A DNA stretch of 19,219 bases from an uncultured archaeon (GTDB lineage Archaea; Asgardarchaeota; Lokiarchaeia; Sigyniarchaeales; SOKP01). Below are positions 16,009-19,219 of this stretch, in pieces. Location of the stretch: positions 1-19,219 of the forward strand of contig CAYUTF010000049.1 in NCBI GenBank assembly GCA_964447495.1. Direction: 5' to 3'. The translations under genes were made by a program, and so were the position numbers. The stretch's first letter is position 1. Each line of letters opens with the position of its first letter. Under the pieces are notes generated by a model that was not told the origin of the DNA, ran no database searches, and saw only the letters and a program-made list of their open reading frames with translations.

Positions 16009-17115
16009 CTAATCTGAAATAAATTTCATATCTTTATAGGATTTTTTTTCATCTAGAAGTGGTCTACACCACATATAATGATCTTTTCCTAATTCAACCT
16101 TGATCGGATTTTCGATACCACATCTATCGTGTTCATCTGTTTCATAACATCTTGGATGAAATGCACATCCCGAAGGGGGATTAATTGGGCTTGGAACATC
16201 TCCCTCTAAAATGATTCTATCTATTTTTGATGAAGGATCGAATGTTGGTCTAGCAGATAATAATGCACGAGTATATGGATGTACTGGATGATAGAATACC
16301 TCATCAAGGGGTCCAGTTTCAACAAATTTCCCAAGATACATTACAGCTATATTATCAGCAATATGTTGGACCACACTTAAATCATGAGTTATAAAGATAT
16401 ATGCTAAATTAAATTGCTTTTGTAAGTCCCGCAAAAGATTTAAAATCTGGGCTTGAACAGAGACATCTAAAGCAGAAGTAGGTTCATCTAATACCATAAT
16501 ATCAGGATTACATGCCAATGCTCTAGCAATGACAATTCTTTGTTTTTGGCCACCAGAAAATTCATGAGGATATCTATCTAAATGTTCAGCTTTCATTGAG
16601 ACTGTTTCCAAAAGATCTAGGACTCTTCTTCGGATTTCAGTACGCTTTTTTAGACCTTCTAACATTCTTAAGGGTTCTCCAATGATGTTAACAATTTTCC
16701 ATCGTGGATTAAGTGAAGAGTCAGGATCTTGAAATACCATCTGAATCTTTTTTCTGACATCTCTCGAAAATTGGACTGTTTTTATTTGAGTTTCCTTTTC
16801 TTCCCGTAATTTATGTTTAAATCGTTGAGTATGAACTAATTTCCTATCATGAAAATAGATTTCTCCAGAAGTAGGAGGTACTAAATTCAGTATTGTATTT
16901 CCGATTGTGGTTTTACCACATCCACTTTCTCCAACTAGTCCTAAAGTTTCTCCTTTCCTAAGATCAAATGAAACGCCATCAACAGCTTTTACATATCCAA
17001 TTTTTCGTTTAAATAATCCGCCTACTATTGGATAATATGTTTTTAAATTTCTAACGGATAAAATCACTTCTTCCTTTTCATCCATTTCAACGGATTTCTT
17101 ATCTATTACAGCCAT
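16009..17115 (-). CDS. oppF: Oligopeptide/dipeptide ABC transporter ATP-binding subunit (OppF/DppF)
   Basis: GESGCGKT, FQDP, YPHEFSGGQKQR, LDEPTSALDVS, ITHDL, HPYTRALL and PSGCAFHPRC. The likely start is the ATG at 17115 (MAVIDKK) after GGTGAAGG, which removes the overlap with oppD. Confidence 0.93.
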   Translation of the reverse strand: MAVIDKKSVEMDEKEEVILSVRNLKTYYPIVGGLFKRKIGYVKAVDGVSFDLRKGETLGLVGESGCGKTTIGNTILNLVPPTSGEIYFHDRKLVHTQRFKHKLREEKETQIKTVQFSRDVRKKIQMVFQDPDSSLNPRWKIVNIIGEPLRMLEGLKKRTEIRRRVLDLLETVSMKAEHLDRYPHEFSGGQKQRIVIARALACNPDIMVLDEPTSALDVSVQAQILNLLRDLQKQFNLAYIFITHDLSVVQHIADNIAVMYLGKFVETGPLDEVFYHPVHPYTRALLSARPTFDPSSKIDRIILEGDVPSPINPPSGCAFHPRCYETDEHDRCGIENPIKVELGKDHYMWCRPLLDEKKSYKDMKFISD

Positions 17116-17137
17116 TTTTTTTACGCCTTCACCATTA

Positions 17138-18349
17138 TTATTCTTTTTTATATTTTGGGGAATCCTTATATTTTGGATCAAATAAATGACAAGCAACAAA
17201 ATACCGATCTCCAATTTCATTAAGAGGGGGCCGGACTTTATCACAAATTTCAAGTCGATAATCACATCTAGGATGAAACCTACAACCCGAAGGTGGATAA
17301 ATTAAATTTGGAACCATACCGCGGATTGAGATTAATTTTTGATCTCTTTTTTCAATACTTGGAATTGCGCCTATTAATCCTTGAGTATATGGATGTCGCG
17401 GATTTTTAAACAAATCATTTACAGATGCATATTCGACAATAGATCCGCTATACATAACGGCGACTCGGTCACAAAGATCAGCAATAATGCCCAAATCATG
17501 AGTTATTAAAAGAATTGATGTTTTAAATTTTTCCTTGAGCTTTTTCATTAAATCAAGAATTTGAGCTTGAATAGTTACATCTAAAGCAGTTGTTGGTTCA
17601 TCTGCAATTAAAAGTTTTGGGTTGCATGATAATGCCATTGCAATCATGACGCGTTGTCGCATCCCCCCGCTTAACTCATGTGGATATCTTTTAAGAATTC
17701 CTACTTCATCTGCAATACCTACTTCTTTAAGGAGTGATGCAGATTTATCACGAATCATATCATTTAAAACGGGTGTATGGCTTGTTTCTTTCTTTATATT
17801 GCTAATTTTATCCTTATAATCCAAAATTTCTGTCTGAGATAATCGTGAATCATCATCATTTTTTAATTTCCTTTTTAAGAGTGCATTCTCTGCCTTTTTT
17901 GATTTCCTTTCCAATAAACTTTCGTCTAGAAGTTTTTTAAGAAAATCTTTTTGATGCAATAGGAAAACTTCAGCAAGTTGTTCTCCTACTGTTAATACTG
18001 GATTTAACGAATTTAAGGGATCTTGGAATATCATGGTGATTAAATTTCCACGATATTTTAGCATTTCTTTATCAGGTAATTCCAATAAGTTTAAACCATC
18101 GAATTCAATTAATCCATCAACGATTTTTCCTGGTGCACGAACGAGGCGTAAAATTGAAAGTGCTGTTACAGATTTTCCGCAACCAGTTTCACCGACAAGT
18201 CCAAGTACTTCATCTTTATAGATATCAAAAGAAACACCATCGACAGCTTTAACTACGCCTTCCTCAGTGTAAAAATAAGTTTTTAAATTTTCTATTTTAA
18301 CAAGTTTTTGTTTGGAGTCAACTTGTTTACTTTCTTCAATTTCAGTCAT
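17138..18349 (-). CDS. oppD: Oligopeptide/dipeptide ABC transporter ATP-binding subunit (OppD/DppD) with a charged insertion
   Basis: GETGCGKS, IFQDP, YPHELSGGMRQR, IADEPTTALDVTIQAQI, ITHDLG, and C-terminal GCRFHPRC..C..ACH. Confidence 0.93.
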   Translation of the reverse strand: MTEIEESKQVDSKQKLVKIENLKTYFYTEEGVVKAVDGVSFDIYKDEVLGLVGETGCGKSVTALSILRLVRAPGKIVDGLIEFDGLNLLELPDKEMLKYRGNLITMIFQDPLNSLNPVLTVGEQLAEVFLLHQKDFLKKLLDESLLERKSKKAENALLKRKLKNDDDSRLSQTEILDYKDKISNIKKETSHTPVLNDMIRDKSASLLKEVGIADEVGILKRYPHELSGGMRQRVMIAMALSCNPKLLIADEPTTALDVTIQAQILDLMKKLKEKFKTSILLITHDLGIIADLCDRVAVMYSGSIVEYASVNDLFKNPRHPYTQGLIGAIPSIEKRDQKLISIRGMVPNLIYPPSGCRFHPRCDYRLEICDKVRPPLNEIGDRYFVACHLFDPKYKDSPKYKKE

Positions 18350-18415
18350 ATAGTTTCTCTCTATAAGTCTTTATTTTGGTTCACTTTATCTTTATAATTA
18401 TTGAATTAAATTGAT

Positions 18416-19219
18416 TCAGAGATTTTTTAATCGAGGATCTAAGGCATCTCTAAGGCCATCTCCAACCAACATGAATCCCAGAACGGTTATCACGATCATT
18501 ATTCCTGGTGCAAAAGCGGCTAAAGGTGCTTGACTAATATGATAGCGTGCGTCAGAAATGTCTTTTCCCCATTCTACTAAAGTTTCATCAGAAAATCCAA
18601 GAAATGCTAAACCAGCTAATCCCAGAATAACTCCACCGATATCAAAAGTAAAAGAGATTATCACTGGTTGAAATACATTTGGAAGTATGTGTCTAAACAT
18701 GATTCTCAAATTACTTGCTCCCGAAACTCTTGCCGCATCCACGTAAGGTAGTTCTCTTGCTTGTAGTACATTACCTCTTATTAAGCGCGCATAATAAGGA
18801 ATGCCCAAAAAACCATACACTAGCATAATTACATCTAATCGTCTTCCAAAAATAGCTATCATTACAAGAGCTAAGACTAATCCGGGAAATGCTAAAAAAA
18901 CGTCAGCTACTCGCATTATAATAGAATCAACCCAACCACGGTAGTAAGCGGCAATAATTCCAAAAATTACTCCTCCAATTACACTTAATAAAATGGAAGG
19001 TAAAGCGATTGTGAGGGACGTACGTGCTCCAAAAATGGCTCGAGATAAAACATCATTACCAGATGATCCTTTTCCGAGGAGATTTTCAGGCGTAGGTCCT
19101 GACCACCAATCTGTTCCAAGTGGATCAGTGGCTTCCGCAAAAGAATAGGGAGCTATCCAATTTGGAAAGATAGCTATTGTTACCACAAAAAGTACAATTA
19201 ATATTCCTAAAATAGTAAG
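18416..19219 (-). CDS. oppC: Oligopeptide/dipeptide ABC transporter permease (OppC/DppC); 5' truncated by window edge
   Basis: DVLSRAIFGARTSL, DSIIMRVADVFLAFP, EAA-like YVDAARVSGAS..RIMFRHILPN and GDGLRDALDPR. The frame stays open to the window end (LTILGILIVLFVVT...). Confidence 0.93.
   Translation of the reverse strand, partial: LTILGILIVLFVVTIAIFPNWIAPYSFAEATDPLGTDWWSGPTPENLLGKGSSGNDVLSRAIFGARTSLTIALPSILLSVIGGVIFGIIAAYYRGWVDSIIMRVADVFLAFPGLVLALVMIAIFGRRLDVIMLVYGFLGIPYYARLIRGNVLQARELPYVDAARVSGASNLRIMFRHILPNVFQPVIISFTFDIGGVILGLAGLAFLGFSDETLVEWGKDISDARYHISQAPLAAFAPGIMIVITVLGFMLVGDGLRDALDPRLKNL

Noticed and set aside
17116-17265. 50-aa N-terminal extension of OppF overlapping oppD
   Set aside because: Artefact of longest-ORF calling. 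The ATG at 17115 has an SD-like GGTGA and follows the oppD stop.
1-19219. Selenocysteine read-through at TGA stops (Sec is known in Lokiarchaeia)
   Set aside because: TGA-terminated genes end at natural family C-termini or abut neighbours. I recognised no selenoprotein family and no convincing SECIS.
1-19219. CRISPR array, tRNA/rRNA, IS/transposase or prophage
   Set aside because: Intergenic gaps are short and AT-rich, with no spaced direct repeats, GC-rich structured RNA or mobile-element genes visible by eye.

Overview
AT-rich, gene-dense archaeal window, most likely from an Asgard archaeon (Lokiarchaeia/Promethearchaeota-like). This is inferred from archaeal marker families (Trm1, MptE, RadA/RadB paralogs, TFE-beta/C34, KH-only NusA) occurring with a eukaryote-like OSTC/DC2 oligosaccharyltransferase subunit. 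It is mostly a mixed housekeeping region: the 3' end of a PepD-like dipeptidase, OSTC-like protein, NAD-kinase-family protein, lone GcvH, MptE, two divergent RadA/Rad51 paralogs, a TFE-beta/RPC34 homolog, RlmE, Trm1, class I FBPase, a 2TM+2RCK channel-like protein, an RNase H-fold protein, two tandem HGSNAT/DUF1624 acyltransferases, a NusA-like protein, TlyA, a DUF362 protein and the end of an opp/dpp ABC operon. I saw no rRNA, tRNA, CRISPR array or transposase. The best leads are the DC2-like ESP, the TFE-beta with an extra N-terminal zinc finger, the K+-channel-like protein with no selectivity filter, and a probably ATPase-impaired RadB-like gene head-to-head with a resolvase-fold nuclease. 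All family calls come from motif recognition by eye; no searches were run.
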